Positions 20,718 through 30,732 of a stretch of DNA of 64,000 bases are shown piece after piece. Origin of the DNA: an uncultured Massilimicrobiota sp. (GTDB taxonomy: Bacteria > Bacillota_I > Bacilli_A > Erysipelotrichales > Coprobacillaceae); contig CALVFK010000001.1 of assembly GCA_944326805.1 (NCBI GenBank), forward strand, positions 83,856 to 147,855, in the 5' to 3' direction. The notes beneath the pieces were generated by a model, which saw nothing but the letters and a program-made list of their open reading frames with translations, was not told the origin of the DNA and searched no databases. Made by a program: the position numbers and the translations under genes. The stretch's first letter is position 1; every line of letters starts with the position of its first letter.

Positions 20718-21276
20718 ATTTTTCCTCCTTAGCCACAATAATCTGATTATCTTTATAATAGATGCTTGTGAGTGCAGAAGTTGTCAAATCATGTAAACAT
20801 TGTTGATTTATTACAATTTGTGCCTTTTGAAAATCATGGCCATATATTTTCACATCTTCATTCATCGCAATAATGGTGCCTTTTACCATATTTAAAAAAT
20901 AGACATCTTGATAACAATAAACATAACTTCCTGCATTTACTATACCTAAAAATAAAGTTTCATGATGAATAAACATTTCTTCACCATTATGTAACTGCTC
21001 TTTTTTGATTTGGACATGATGTGATTGTTCTAAAATTGTCATTCCATCAAACAAAACTCTTTCTTTTTGATTCAGCAATATCAATAATTGCTGCAATTCA
21101 TCATCCGACAGTTCTCGACAACCAAAATCAAAAAAAGCTCTTGGATAATAACCCTTCTGCAAAAAAAGGGATTGATCCAAAAGCCGATCCAAATCTTCTA
21201 AAAACTGATGATAAGAACAATTCTCCTGTACTTTCATCACAAGTCTACCATTAATTCCTTTGACTTCAATATTCAT
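20686..21276 (-). CDS. minC: Septum site-determining protein MinC (divergent)
   Basis: IEVKG N-terminus, LHNGE...GIVNAGS beta-helix; position between mreD and minD. Confidence 0.75.
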   Translation of the reverse strand: MNIEVKGINGRLVMKVQENCSYHQFLEDLDRLLDQSLFLQKGYYPRAFFDFGCRELSDDELQQLLILLNQKERVLFDGMTILEQSHHVQIKKEQLHNGEEMFIHHETLFLGIVNAGSYVYCYQDVYFLNMVKGTIIAMNEDVKIYGHDFQKAQIVINQQCLHDLTTSALTSIYYKDNQIIVAKEEKYVSNNCDYVR

Positions 21277-21800
21277 TATTCCACCTCAATTTTCACTTTA
21301 TTGTAAATCCAGTAAATTCCAATAGACAAAATTCCATTAAACAACAATGTTGGTATCAACTGCATCACAACAAATGAAACCATTGGATATCTCGTCATAT
21401 TAGTAATCCACATTAACCAATATACAATACATTCCTGGGCGAATATTGTCAAAACACAAAATATCATAGATTCAAAAATATTTAAGGTGTCTAATTTAAA
21501 AAGATAAGAACGAACAAAGGCGATTAAACAATAAATAAGGATGTATATAGCTAAAGAATTAGCATAAACAATAGAATAATATACACTACACACTGCTGCA
21601 AAAAAATAACGTTCTGCCCCTTCCACAATCGTTCTCACAAGCAAAGCAAACATCATTAGCCCCAAACAAGACGTTATCGTTATACTTGTTTTTGTAAAAT
21701 TATAGGGCAAAAAATAATGAATAGTACTATCAGCAACAAAACAAAGAAAAACTATAAAAAAGCATTTCATCAGATAACTATCTTGAACACGTTTTCTCAT
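21276..21800 (-). CDS. mreD: Rod shape-determining protein MreD
   Basis: Multi-TM protein ending PTLLFNG; follows mreC. Confidence 0.75.
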   Translation of the reverse strand: MRKRVQDSYLMKCFFIVFLCFVADSTIHYFLPYNFTKTSITITSCLGLMMFALLVRTIVEGAERYFFAAVCSVYYSIVYANSLAIYILIYCLIAFVRSYLFKLDTLNIFESMIFCVLTIFAQECIVYWLMWITNMTRYPMVSFVVMQLIPTLLFNGILSIGIYWIYNKVKIEVE

Positions 21801-22663
21801 TGACTATTCACCCTTTGTACAACAGCCACATCGTTTAAGGAATCAAAATCCACACTTGGTGTCACATCACAAACCGATTCTGTCGCATCATCACCACTCG
21901 TATAATTTTCTACCGTACCTACCAAAATTCCCTTTGGGCTTTTTCCAGCACCACCCAAGCCACTTGTGACAACTTTAGCGTTTTTCTCAATTTTTTCTAC
22001 ATCACTCAATAAAGTAATAGAATATTTATGAGTATTAATATCATAGCGATTCAACAAACCATAGTATTCATCTTCTCCACTTAAAATCATAACTGGCAAT
22101 TGAGATTTTGCTGTTTCACTTGATAATAATGATACCGTTGCAGAAATTTCACTTACATTGGTAATCGTTCCAATCATGCCTTGGGCATTAACTACCGCCA
22201 TACCTTCCTGTACGCCAGAACTCTTACCAAGATTAATCGTTACCTGATTATTCCAGCTTTGTGCATCTCGTGCTATTACATTAGTATATTTCACTTGATA
22301 TTCTGTAGGTAAATAATCAATTTCCATCATTTCTTTTAAATCATTTAATTCATTTGTGAGAACTTCATTCATAGCACTTTCTCTAGCCAGATTATCCAGT
22401 TGCTCTTTTAATTTCGCATTTTCTTCATAAACATCCTTTAAATCATTATATTCTTCAAATAAGCCTGTTACATATTGTGCTGGAGCTTTAATCATATAAT
22501 ACTCAAGATTTGCGATAGTATCTTTAAATATAATTTCTATTCTTGAAGCCGAACGGCTTGTCACCAATGTCACTACTGAAAATAAAACAAGGACAACTGT
22601 AACAACAACAATTCTTCTTTTTTGTTTCGTCCATTTATTGCCTTTTCTATACAAAAATATCAC
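21797..22663 (-). CDS. mreC: Rod shape-determining protein MreC
   Basis: TM, coiled coil (EENAKLK), INLGKSSGV, VVTSGLGG, PKGILVG. Confidence 0.93.
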   Translation of the reverse strand: MIFLYRKGNKWTKQKRRIVVVTVVLVLFSVVTLVTSRSASRIEIIFKDTIANLEYYMIKAPAQYVTGLFEEYNDLKDVYEENAKLKEQLDNLARESAMNEVLTNELNDLKEMMEIDYLPTEYQVKYTNVIARDAQSWNNQVTINLGKSSGVQEGMAVVNAQGMIGTITNVSEISATVSLLSSETAKSQLPVMILSGEDEYYGLLNRYDINTHKYSITLLSDVEKIEKNAKVVTSGLGGAGKSPKGILVGTVENYTSGDDATESVCDVTPSVDFDSLNDVAVVQRVNSQ

Positions 22664-22747
22664 CTCTTGTCATTCATACATTATAATATCTCAATATAAA
22701 AAAAGCAATTCATAAAAAATCTTTTATCAAATTCCTATATTTTCACA

Positions 22748-23428
22748 TCATTCATGATAAAAAAACAGCTGTTTAGCCTGTATACTATAAAACTGATTCC
22801 ACCCCACAATAATATGATCTACTACCTCAATTGCCATCATTTCTCCTAATTTTTGAAACTGTTTTGTAAGTAAAATATCTTCCTCACTAGGCCAAGCTTC
22901 CCCACTAGGATGATTATGTATCAAGACAATTTTGGCACTATTAACAGCCACAGCTTCTTTAAAAACTTCTCTAGGCGTGACGACACTCATATTCAAAGAA
23001 CCAATAAAAACAATCTTCTCTTTAATGACTTTATTTTTATTATCTAAACAAAGCAACATAAAATGTTCCTGTTTTAAAAACATTAACTGATTATGCACTC
23101 TTTCAAAAATATCTAAAGGATTTAAAAGAGATTTTTCTGCTATAGAAACATCTTTTAATCTTTTGGCAATCTCTATAATACTTAAGATTTCAATGGCTTT
23201 CGCCTGTTTAATCCCTTTTAAGGATGTTAAATCTGCATAAGTTACATTTGTCAGTTGAGCAAAACCACCAATCTCCTTTAATAGACGTTGCGATAATTGA
23301 ATAACCGATTCATTTTTATGACCCGTTCTTAAAATTAAGGCTAATAATTCGACATTACTTAAATTTTCTATACCATAAGCCAAAGCTTTTTCTCGTGGAT
23401 TCTCTTCAAGTGGTAGAGTTTTAATCAT
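22748..23428 (-). CDS. radC: RadC/JAB-domain protein
   Basis: PREK, LSNVELLALIL, HNHPSG...S.ED, DHIIVG. Confidence 0.93.
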   Translation of the reverse strand: MIKTLPLEENPREKALAYGIENLSNVELLALILRTGHKNESVIQLSQRLLKEIGGFAQLTNVTYADLTSLKGIKQAKAIEILSIIEIAKRLKDVSIAEKSLLNPLDIFERVHNQLMFLKQEHFMLLCLDNKNKVIKEKIVFIGSLNMSVVTPREVFKEAVAVNSAKIVLIHNHPSGEAWPSEEDILLTKQFQKLGEMMAIEVVDHIIVGWNQFYSIQAKQLFFYHE

Positions 23429-23781
23429 ATGACATCACCTTTAGATAAAGAATCTAAAAGAATTTGAGTCGTTGTTGAAGAAGGCACTATATAAGTTTTC
23501 ATAATCCCTTTCACTTGTGTCGCATGTTTTTCTATTTCATCTTTGTGTTCACTAATCATAGACAAGACATAATATTGATTGTTTTTCATATAAGTATAAC
23601 CTTCAATGCCCATGTCTTTAAGTTCATCCAATTTTTGATTCTTGTTATCTTCCTCTTTATAAATTCCTACTTGATAAGCATATAGTGTTTTTTGTCCAAA
23701 AGAACATCCATATGTAAAAACAAGCATAAAAGCTAATGAACAGACAAATCCGATTAAAATAATTTTCCATTCATACTTCAT
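23425..23781 (-). CDS. Small membrane-anchored SPOR-like protein at the spoIIB position
   Basis: N-terminal TM, then YAYQVGIYK (SPOR-like YxxQxGxF/Y); sigmaE promoter; ATGA overlap with radC. Confidence 0.55.
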   Translation of the reverse strand: MKYEWKIILIGFVCSLAFMLVFTYGCSFGQKTLYAYQVGIYKEEDNKNQKLDELKDMGIEGYTYMKNNQYYVLSMISEHKDEIEKHATQVKGIMKTYIVPSSTTTQILLDSLSKGDVI

Positions 23782-23797
23782 TTTCATCACCCCTTCT

Positions 23798-23826
23798 ATT
23801 GTATGCATTCATGCATAAAAATATGA
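23798..23826 (-). promoter_or_regulatory. Consensus sigmaE promoter
   Basis: TCATATT-N14-CATACAAT. Confidence 0.75.
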
Positions 23827-23847
23827 AAGGCATGAAGCCTTTCATAT
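23821..23847 (-). terminator. Intrinsic terminator after the GG-leader peptide gene
   Basis: ATATGAAAGGC-ttcat-GCCTTTCATAT followed by a T run. Confidence 0.75.
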
Positions 23848-23849
23848 CA

Positions 23850-24014
23850 TTAATCACGCCATTCAATACTGATGAGTCTAGGTATTGAAATTCTTCCCTT
23901 TTTAGATTTGATAATCTTATAGGCTGCAGCCCCTAAAATTAAATAAAGTAACGCTGTTGCTATAAGACTTCCTCCTTGAATTTCACATTGTTGTTGTAAT
24001 GTTAACTCTTTCAT
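23850..24014 (-). CDS. Double-glycine-leader peptide (class II bacteriocin/pheromone-like precursor)
   Basis: MKELTLQQQCEIQGG leader plus 39-aa hydrophobic/cationic core; RBS GAAAGGAAGG; alternative GTG start at 24032. Confidence 0.65.
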   Translation of the reverse strand: MKELTLQQQCEIQGGSLIATALLYLILGAAAYKIIKSKKGRISIPRLISIEWRD

Positions 24015-24090
24015 GTTGACCCTTCCTTTCACCAGTAGCCCCCTATTATTTATATATACATTTTTTCAGCGTTTTTCTTCTTAAAAACGA

Positions 24091-24120
24091 AAAAAAGTGA
24101 AATTTTTTTCAATTTCACTT
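24091..24120 (-). terminator. valS terminator
   Basis: AAGTGAAATT...AATTTCACTT followed by a T run on the minus strand. Confidence 0.7.
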
Positions 24121-26741
24121 TATATTTGATTCAATTTATCTTTCATTGTATTATATTTTGATTGATAATCAGCCAATTTCTTTCTTTCCTGTTCAACTTT
24201 TTGAACTGGTGCTTTAGAAACAAAATTTGGATTAGAAAGCATAGATTCACAACGTTTGATTTCACCTTCAAGTTTTTTGATTTCATCCTCCATCTTTTTC
24301 TTTTCTGCTTCTAAATCAATATAATCACCTAATTCAATAATCAACGCATTTCCGCCTTTAATCATTTCTGTTGCAACATTAGATGATGTCTCAACATTAT
24401 ATCCGAAACAACGTGCATGACATAATTTATATATATATGGTGAAAGATTTTCTAATAAACTTTCGAGCTGGTTATCTTGTGTCTGAATAGAATAAGCAAT
24501 TTCAATGGCATTCTTTATAACATATTGTGCTCTTAGATTTCTAATTCCTTTTATAATATCAATCAGATAAACAAACTGATCTTGAATCATTTCATTATTG
24601 AAATCAACATTCACTGTAGGCCATTTTGCTATACATATAGATGGTTGTAAATGTGGTATTGATAAATAAATTTCTTCTGTCACAAAAGGCATAAATGGAT
24701 GCAATAATCTGACAATTGCATTTAATACATAAACCAATGTATTTTGAGTTGCAGTTTTTTCTATTTTATCATCACTGTTTAAATGAACCTTTGATAATTC
24801 AATGTACCATGAACAGAAATCATCCCAAATAAAATTATATAATTCACTACCAACATTAACAAATTCAAACTTATCCATATTCTCATCAACAGATGTAATG
24901 ACTTCGTTTAAACGATTTAAAATCCATTGATCAGCCAAATTCAAATGATCAAAAGATAAATCTTGATAAGACATATCATCATCAATATTCATTAAAACAA
25001 AGCGGGCACTATTCCATATTTTATTAATGAAATTCCATGATGCTTCCAATTTTTCTGGAATATACCTTAAATCCATTCCTGGAGCAGAATTAGTTGTTAA
25101 AAAGAAACGTAAAGTATCAGCACCATATTGTTCAATAACATCCATAGGATCAACACCATTACCTAAAGATTTAGACATCTTTCTTCCCTGTTCATCACGA
25201 ATTAAACCATGAATTAAAACATTTTGAAATGGTCTTTGTCCCGTAAATTCTAATGATTGGAAAATCATACGAGAAACCCAGAAGAAGATAATATCATAAC
25301 CTGTCACTAATGTGTCAGTTGGGAAATATCGTTGATAAAGTTCACTTTCAGTATTTGGCCATCCCATTGTTGAAAAAGGCCATAACGCACTAGAAAACCA
25401 TGTATCTAGAACATCTTCATCCTGTTTCCAATTTTCAATATCTTGTGGTGGAACTTTACCTACATAAACTTCTCCTGTTTCTTTATGATACCATGCTGGA
25501 ATCTGATGTCCCCACCATAACTGACGTGAAATGCACCAGTCTTCAATATTTTCCATCCATTGTTTGAAAGTCTTTTCAAAACGTGGTGGTACAAATGAAA
25601 CTTTAGAATCTTTCATCTGATTTTCTAAAGCTGCATTTGCCAGTGGTTTCATTTTCACAAACCATTGTTTAGATAAATAAGGTTCTACAATAGCATGACT
25701 TCTTTCAGAATGTCCCACTTGATGCATGTGTTTTTCAATATGATCAACAACACCTCTTGATTCAAAGTCTCGAACCAATGCCTCACGGCATTCAAAACGA
25801 TCCATTCCTTGATAAGGTCCACATAATTCATTCATTGTGCCATCATCATTCATACATTTAGGCATCGCTAAATGATATTTTTTAGCCAAAGCAAAATCAT
25901 TAGGATCATGAGCAGGTGTACATTTCATAACCGCCGTTCCAAAACTCATATCAATGTAGCTATCAGCCATAATTGGTAAAGCTTCCCCATTAGCTGGGTT
26001 AATCGCATGTTTTCCAACAAGATGCTGATATCTTGTATCATCAGGATGAACAAAGATAGCCTGATCAGCAAACATTGTTTCTGGACGCGTTGTCGCAATA
26101 ATGAGTTTTTCACCAGTTTCTACAACTTCATAATTGAAATAATACATATGTCCTTCAATTTCTTTATGAATAACTTCAATATTAGATAAAGCTGTACGTT
26201 GTACTGGATCCCAGTTAATAATACGTTCTCCTTGATAAATATACCCTTTTTCATAAAGCGTCACAAAAACAGTTTTTACTGCTTCACTTAATCCTTCATC
26301 CAAAGTAAAACGTTCTTTTGTATAATCTAGAGAAAGACCTAATTTTTCCCATTGACTACGAATAATAGAGGCATACTCTTCTTTCCATGACCATGCTTTT
26401 TCAAGAAATTTTTCACGTCCCAAGTCATAACGAGAAATACCTTCTTCTCTCAAACGTGCTTCTACTTTAGCCTGCGTCGCAATTCCTGCGTGGTCCATCC
26501 CAGGTAACCACAACGCATCATAACCTTGCATTCTTTTATAACGAATAATCATATCTTGCAAAGTCGTATCCCAGGCATGACCTAAATGAAGTTTACCAGT
26601 TACATTTGGTGGTGGTATAACAATACTATAAGGTTTTTTAGAAGTATCTCCAGCTTCAAAATAATGATGATCTAACCAGTTACGATATTTACCTTCTTCA
26701 ACTGCTTTATGATCATATTTCGTCGCTAATTCTTTCTTCAT
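24120..26741 (-). CDS. valS: Valine--tRNA ligase
   Basis: [30 protein letters not shown]-terminal coiled coil. Confidence 0.98.
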   Translation of the reverse strand: MKKELATKYDHKAVEEGKYRNWLDHHYFEAGDTSKKPYSIVIPPPNVTGKLHLGHAWDTTLQDMIIRYKRMQGYDALWLPGMDHAGIATQAKVEARLREEGISRYDLGREKFLEKAWSWKEEYASIIRSQWEKLGLSLDYTKERFTLDEGLSEAVKTVFVTLYEKGYIYQGERIINWDPVQRTALSNIEVIHKEIEGHMYYFNYEVVETGEKLIIATTRPETMFADQAIFVHPDDTRYQHLVGKHAINPANGEALPIMADSYIDMSFGTAVMKCTPAHDPNDFALAKKYHLAMPKCMNDDGTMNELCGPYQGMDRFECREALVRDFESRGVVDHIEKHMHQVGHSERSHAIVEPYLSKQWFVKMKPLANAALENQMKDSKVSFVPPRFEKTFKQWMENIEDWCISRQLWWGHQIPAWYHKETGEVYVGKVPPQDIENWKQDEDVLDTWFSSALWPFSTMGWPNTESELYQRYFPTDTLVTGYDIIFFWVSRMIFQSLEFTGQRPFQNVLIHGLIRDEQGRKMSKSLGNGVDPMDVIEQYGADTLRFFLTTNSAPGMDLRYIPEKLEASWNFINKIWNSARFVLMNIDDDMSYQDLSFDHLNLADQWILNRLNEVITSVDENMDKFEFVNVGSELYNFIWDDFCSWYIELSKVHLNSDDKIEKTATQNTLVYVLNAIVRLLHPFMPFVTEEIYLSIPHLQPSICIAKWPTVNVDFNNEMIQDQFVYLIDIIKGIRNLRAQYVIKNAIEIAYSIQTQDNQLESLLENLSPYIYKLCHARCFGYNVETSSNVATEMIKGGNALIIELGDYIDLEAEKKKMEDEIKKLEGEIKRCESMLSNPNFVSKAPVQKVEQERKKLADYQSKYNTMKDKLNQI

Positions 26742-27399
26742 TATCTTCAACTCCCTTGTTTAAATTCTCTTCAGGTATTTCATAATCATAGAAATCTTCC
26801 TTATGTTCTAAAATATACTGCGTCAATTTTTCATTTAAATTTGTTGTACTCACAAGTGTTATAAACTCATTTGTAAAATCCGTAAAATTATAACGTGAGT
26901 AATCTCCCATTTCTGGATCATCTTCATCATCATCTTCATCATTTTCAATAATTTCAGCAAAACGTCTCGCTGCTTTCATCAAATCTGCTAGTTCATGTGA
27001 CCCTACTGTTTCAAAAATGTCGACGACCATTGGAACGAATGGTTGACTAGCAGGGCTTAAAAAGAAACTATGTAATGATGCATTACGCCCTTCTAGTGAT
27101 GTTGTTATCATATAGATTCCGTAAACTATTTTTTCACTATCATTCATTTTTTCAAAATAATGTTCAAAATCATCATTCTCTTTTCGCATACAATGGAATA
27201 ATGCTGCTGCGGTAATTTCTTCTCTAGGGCACACATCTAAAGAGCCAGGTCTGAGATAAGAATACTTTTCTTTCTTTTCCTCATATTCAAGTAAAGCTTT
27301 TTGACGTTGTGCTTTCCCTTCATTGACTCTTTTCATAAAGAAATAACCTAAAAAAATCAATGCTGCAATAAATAATCCCCATACAATATAATTAGCCAT
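26713..27399 (-). CDS. Membrane-anchored DUF4375/DMP19-like acidic protein
   Basis: N-terminal TM; [12 protein letters not shown]...LHSFF...[12 protein letters not shown]...YILEHKEDF pattern; RBS AAGGAGG; overlaps the valS start. Confidence 0.55.
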   Translation of the reverse strand: MANYIVWGLFIAALIFLGYFFMKRVNEGKAQRQKALLEYEEKKEKYSYLRPGSLDVCPREEITAAALFHCMRKENDDFEHYFEKMNDSEKIVYGIYMITTSLEGRNASLHSFFLSPASQPFVPMVVDIFETVGSHELADLMKAARRFAEIIENDEDDDEDDPEMGDYSRYNFTDFTNEFITLVSTTNLNEKLTQYILEHKEDFYDYEIPEENLNKGVEDNEERISDEI

Positions 27400-27414
27400 T
27401 TTTCTCCTCCTTTA

Positions 27415-27632
27415 ATAAAAAAGAACATTCGCATAAGGACGAATGTTCGTGGTACCACCTTAATTTATATACTGACCGTATACCTCAAAACTTTAACGCA
27501 GTTTTACGTGTTAACCTACTCCTCTTTCAGAAAACAGACTCCAAGGCTACCTTCCATTTTTTCTCCTATCTCTTTCCACCAACCAGAGATTCTCTATAAG
27601 AATACAAAATGTACTCCTCCTTATCAACGTCT
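27415..27632 (-). promoter_or_regulatory. T-box riboswitch, valine specifier
   Basis: AGAGA and GGTGGAA stem-I boxes, specifier GUA (27548-27550), T-box AAGGTGGTACCACG (27448-27461), terminator GAACATTCG/CGAATGTTC plus T run; promoter TTGACT-17-TAAAAT upstream. Confidence 0.93.
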
Positions 27633-27741
27633 ACTACATTTTAACAAACCTCATTATCAAAGTCAATTATAACCATGCAATAAAATCGGTATACTAGATA
27701 ATTTATATGAAAATTCCCTGCATTTCATCACAGAGTATTTT

Positions 27742-28221
27742 TTACTCATAAATATATTGTTTCATAAATGATTCATTACGTTCAATGAGTTTAAAGATAA
27801 TTGCTCCAACTATTAATACAGCAAATTCACCAGCAAAAACATAGAAAGCATTAATCATAAACGGTAAAGATAATGCTAAATAAAGTTCTAAACCTATAAT
27901 CAATCCATTAACCAGGGCACCAATAACAGCACCAATAAACAAATTTTTTACCACATACATGCCTAAGCAAGCAAGTAAAGTTGCTAATGTTCCAAAACAA
28001 ATGTCATACATCCCCATAGGTGAGGCCAAATTAGCTAACAGACATCCTATTGTTAAACCCGGAATCAATTTCTTGTTATAACAAGCCAGTAAAACAATAA
28101 TTTCTGTTATTCGCATTTGAATTGCACCATAGGCAATTGGTGAAATTAAAATTGTTAATACTGCATAAACAGCAGCAATCATAGCATTCATTGCTAACAA
28201 TTGTACCTTTTTGTTATTCAT
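27742..28221 (-). CDS. queT: QueT-family queuosine precursor transporter
   Basis: AMIAAVYAVLT, YGAIQMRITE, GCLLANL, DICFGTLAT; preQ1 riboswitch upstream. Confidence 0.9.
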   Translation of the reverse strand: MNNKKVQLLAMNAMIAAVYAVLTILISPIAYGAIQMRITEIIVLLACYNKKLIPGLTIGCLLANLASPMGMYDICFGTLATLLACLGMYVVKNLFIGAVIGALVNGLIIGLELYLALSLPFMINAFYVFAGEFAVLIVGAIIFKLIERNESFMKQYIYE

Positions 28222-28258
28222 TTTTCATCCTCCTCTTCTAAAGTACAGTTAGAAGCCA

Positions 28259-28295
28259 GATAAAATAAAAAATGGCTAAGCCATTTTATTTTATC
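28259..28295 (-). terminator. Riboswitch-controlled terminator upstream of queT
   Basis: ATAAAATGGC-tta-GCCATTTTTTATTTT directly after the aptamer. Confidence 0.75.
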
Positions 28296-28332
28296 CTTAG
28301 TTTTTTATACTGGGTTTGGCTCTCGAACCAGT
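28295..28332 (-). ncRNA. preQ1 class I riboswitch
   Basis: ACUGGUUCG...CCCAGU AUAAAAAACUAAGG (P1 ACUGG/CCAGU, A-rich tail); promoter TTGCTT-17-TATAAT upstream. Confidence 0.9.
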
Positions 28333-28634
28333 GTTATAAAACGTTGTTATTATACATAAAGATAAAATAAAAAGCAAGGCATTATTTTTCAAGTCACATG
28401 AAAATCCAATCCAAATATGATAATGTCTTCATATACAAAATTCTGTTAAGATATAATCTTATATTTATAGAGTTTATATGTATTACAAAAAAGTTCAACT
28501 GAGAATAAATGAAAAATGATCATAAAAACATAGTGTTAAAATTATCAATAGATTAATTATCAAATATAAAAAATTTATTCTACCTATCATTTATCCTAAA
28601 AGAACATTTCATTCTTTTTATTACTTTCATAGTC

Positions 28635-28657
28635 AAAAGCACCGTCATGACGGTGCT
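28635..28657 (-). terminator. Terminator after spoVID-ysxE
   Basis: Perfect 20-bp palindrome AGCACCGTCATGACGGTGCT followed by TTT. Confidence 0.7.
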
Positions 28658-28682
28658 GGAATCTAAAAAAATTAAGATATTT

Positions 28683-29591
28683 TCAATTTAATTGTGCAAT
28701 AAAATGATGAACAGAATCCAAATAATATAATAAACGAGATAGTTTGATAATATTATCAATCTCATCATGGTTTAATTGAATAATAGGAACGATATTCATT
28801 AAACAACAAAGTAAAAGTTTTTCTTCTTTTCTCAATTCAAATTTTTTGAGATAAGATTGACTTAAACAATCTAAATCAAATAAAATATCCGGTATTTTTT
28901 GATACATATCAAATATATCGTAAATAGGTAAATCCATTTCTAAATAATCCAATGAAATGAAACATTTCTTTTTCAATGAAATATGCTGATAATCAAAATT
29001 TTTATAAGTCAAACATATACGCACATAATGACATTCTTGAATACAATTCATATATTGTGATAAATATTGTTTAGCGAGAGCTAAAGCATTATATATACGA
29101 TAATAATTCATAACCAGCATCCATTGACTTGGTGAGCGATAGACTTCATTTTCATAACTTTCTATCATTTTTTGATAGTACTGTAAACGTTCATGAACAA
29201 CTTTTAATACATCTTGTTCAAGTGTATGAAAATATTGCTGATTTACCTTCATATCATAAAAACTATGTTCATGTAAGTAAGCAAGCGTTTTAAAATAAAA
29301 TTGAATCTTCATCTCCTTAAGATGTTGTGAACCCGTTTCAATAAAAGGCATCAAATAAAGATATTGATGTTGATACATCGTTAAATATTCATGATGAAGA
29401 TTAGGTATAATATGAACAAAACATGATAGATTTAATGTTTCCACTAAATCATACATGTTTTGTAGAGATTTTTGAGATGTGATCTTTGCTACAAAATAAC
29501 CTTCATGGCATTTCAACTTATAAACATGGCTGCTCAATTTGATTTCACCAATAACATGAAGATTATAATTTTTCAAAATAACATCTTTCAT
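28683..29591 (-). CDS. ysxE: Spore coat protein YsxE-like (inactive kinase fold)
   Basis: YLYLMPFI, LAYLH, SPSQW, LPIYDI pattern; ATGA overlap with spoVID as in Bacillus. Confidence 0.65.
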   Translation of the reverse strand: MKDVILKNYNLHVIGEIKLSSHVYKLKCHEGYFVAKITSQKSLQNMYDLVETLNLSCFVHIIPNLHHEYLTMYQHQYLYLMPFIETGSQHLKEMKIQFYFKTLAYLHEHSFYDMKVNQQYFHTLEQDVLKVVHERLQYYQKMIESYENEVYRSPSQWMLVMNYYRIYNALALAKQYLSQYMNCIQECHYVRICLTYKNFDYQHISLKKKCFISLDYLEMDLPIYDIFDMYQKIPDILFDLDCLSQSYLKKFELRKEEKLLLCCLMNIVPIIQLNHDEIDNIIKLSRLLYYLDSVHHFIAQLN

Positions 29592-30256
29592 ATAACAAAA
29601 GGTATAATCACAATGGTTCCTGATGTTAAAGAACGTTCATGATTATAAGATTTTAAAGCATATTCATCTACTTGATAATGTTTGGCAATTGTTTCATAAC
29701 TATCACCATCTTGAACAACATAAAAATAATATGTTCCTAAATCTTCTTGATCATCTTCATTTAAAACTGGTACTTCTTCTGGCTTTTCTGGAATTGCTGA
29801 TTCATCTATCGATGAATCTTGTTGTTCTACAACATCTATAATTTTTTCTTCTTCTCTCAATAATTTTTCTATTTCTTCTGCTGAATCTAGTTGATTTACT
29901 TGTTCAACAGTATCTATAACACGATCTTCATCATCAAGAACACCATAGACATAAGCTTGAATAACAAGTGATAGATTACCCTCAATCAAATGATAATCAA
30001 AATCCTCAACTTTCACATGAAAATCTCTTTTATCTGTGATTTTTTCAAATAAAGCAAAGATATCCAAATCTATTGTTTCATGGAACTGATGCTTTTTTTG
30101 ACTATCTTTATATTCCCCATTAATCATAATACTGCCAATCGCGCGCATCCCATCAGTTTCCATTTTATAACGAATAGATTCATCAACAGATATAGAAATT
30201 AACTCACTTAATTGATGATTTAAATCAACCTTTTTCTTAAAAAATATTTTCTGCAT
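29588..30256 (-). CDS. spoVID: SpoVID-like coat morphogenetic protein (N-domain + acidic linker + LysM)
   Basis: ELISISVDE...VEDFDYHL N-domain; YVVQDGDSYETIAKHY LysM; RBS AGGAGGG. Confidence 0.75.
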   Translation of the reverse strand: MQKIFFKKKVDLNHQLSELISISVDESIRYKMETDGMRAIGSIMINGEYKDSQKKHQFHETIDLDIFALFEKITDKRDFHVKVEDFDYHLIEGNLSLVIQAYVYGVLDDEDRVIDTVEQVNQLDSAEEIEKLLREEEKIIDVVEQQDSSIDESAIPEKPEEVPVLNEDDQEDLGTYYFYVVQDGDSYETIAKHYQVDEYALKSYNHERSLTSGTIVIIPFVI

Positions 30257-30273
30257 ACAATCCCTCCTAACTA

Positions 30274-30301
30274 ACTGTATGCTGTTATTCATGGAATATG
30301 A
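30274..30301 (-). promoter_or_regulatory. sigmaE-type promoter of spoVID-ysxE
   Basis: TCATATT-N13-CATACAGT. Confidence 0.65.
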
Positions 30302-30334
30302 ATACAAACGAAATAAAAAAGTAGACTTTAATGT

Positions 30335-30643
30335 CTACTTCTTCTTTTGAATAAGCTCTACTGCTTGTTTTAAAACAGATTTACCATTCATCATTCCATA
30401 ATCTTTCATATCTATATGAGCAACAGGCACACCTGGAGCTTCTGATTCAATCTTACGTTGAGCGTAACGAACTTGTGGTCCTAGTAAAATGACATCTGCT
30501 TTTTCAGCATTAGCTTTCACTTCATTTGCGCCAACAGCCCATATATCAGCTTTAATACCTTGTTCCTCAGCTGCTTTAATCATTTTTTCTACAAGTAAAC
30601 TTGTAGACATACCAGAAGCACAACATAACATAATATGTATCAT
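30335..30643 (-). CDS. PTS lactose/cellobiose-family EIIB component
   Basis: CCASGMSTSLLV and ILLGPQVRY motifs. Confidence 0.9.
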   Translation of the reverse strand: MIHIMLCCASGMSTSLLVEKMIKAAEEQGIKADIWAVGANEVKANAEKADVILLGPQVRYAQRKIESEAPGVPVAHIDMKDYGMMNGKSVLKQAVELIQKKK

Positions 30644-30732
30644 TTTTTTCCCTCCTCGTAGTTATTATACATAAAATTTTATTATTTGTTAAGGGGTGGT
30701 TTGATTTAAGCAATCAAAGTTCCCTTCATTCA

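Noticed and set aside
22748-23428. radC as a marker of a mobile element or CBASS JAB protein
   Set aside because: Full-length housekeeping-type RadC in its canonical chromosomal position before mreCD
28381-28630. 250-nt AT-rich spacer with a 34-aa plus-strand ORF at 28398 and a weak TATAAT
   Set aside because: No RBS, no motif and no plus-strand terminator T run; cannot support a gene or sRNA
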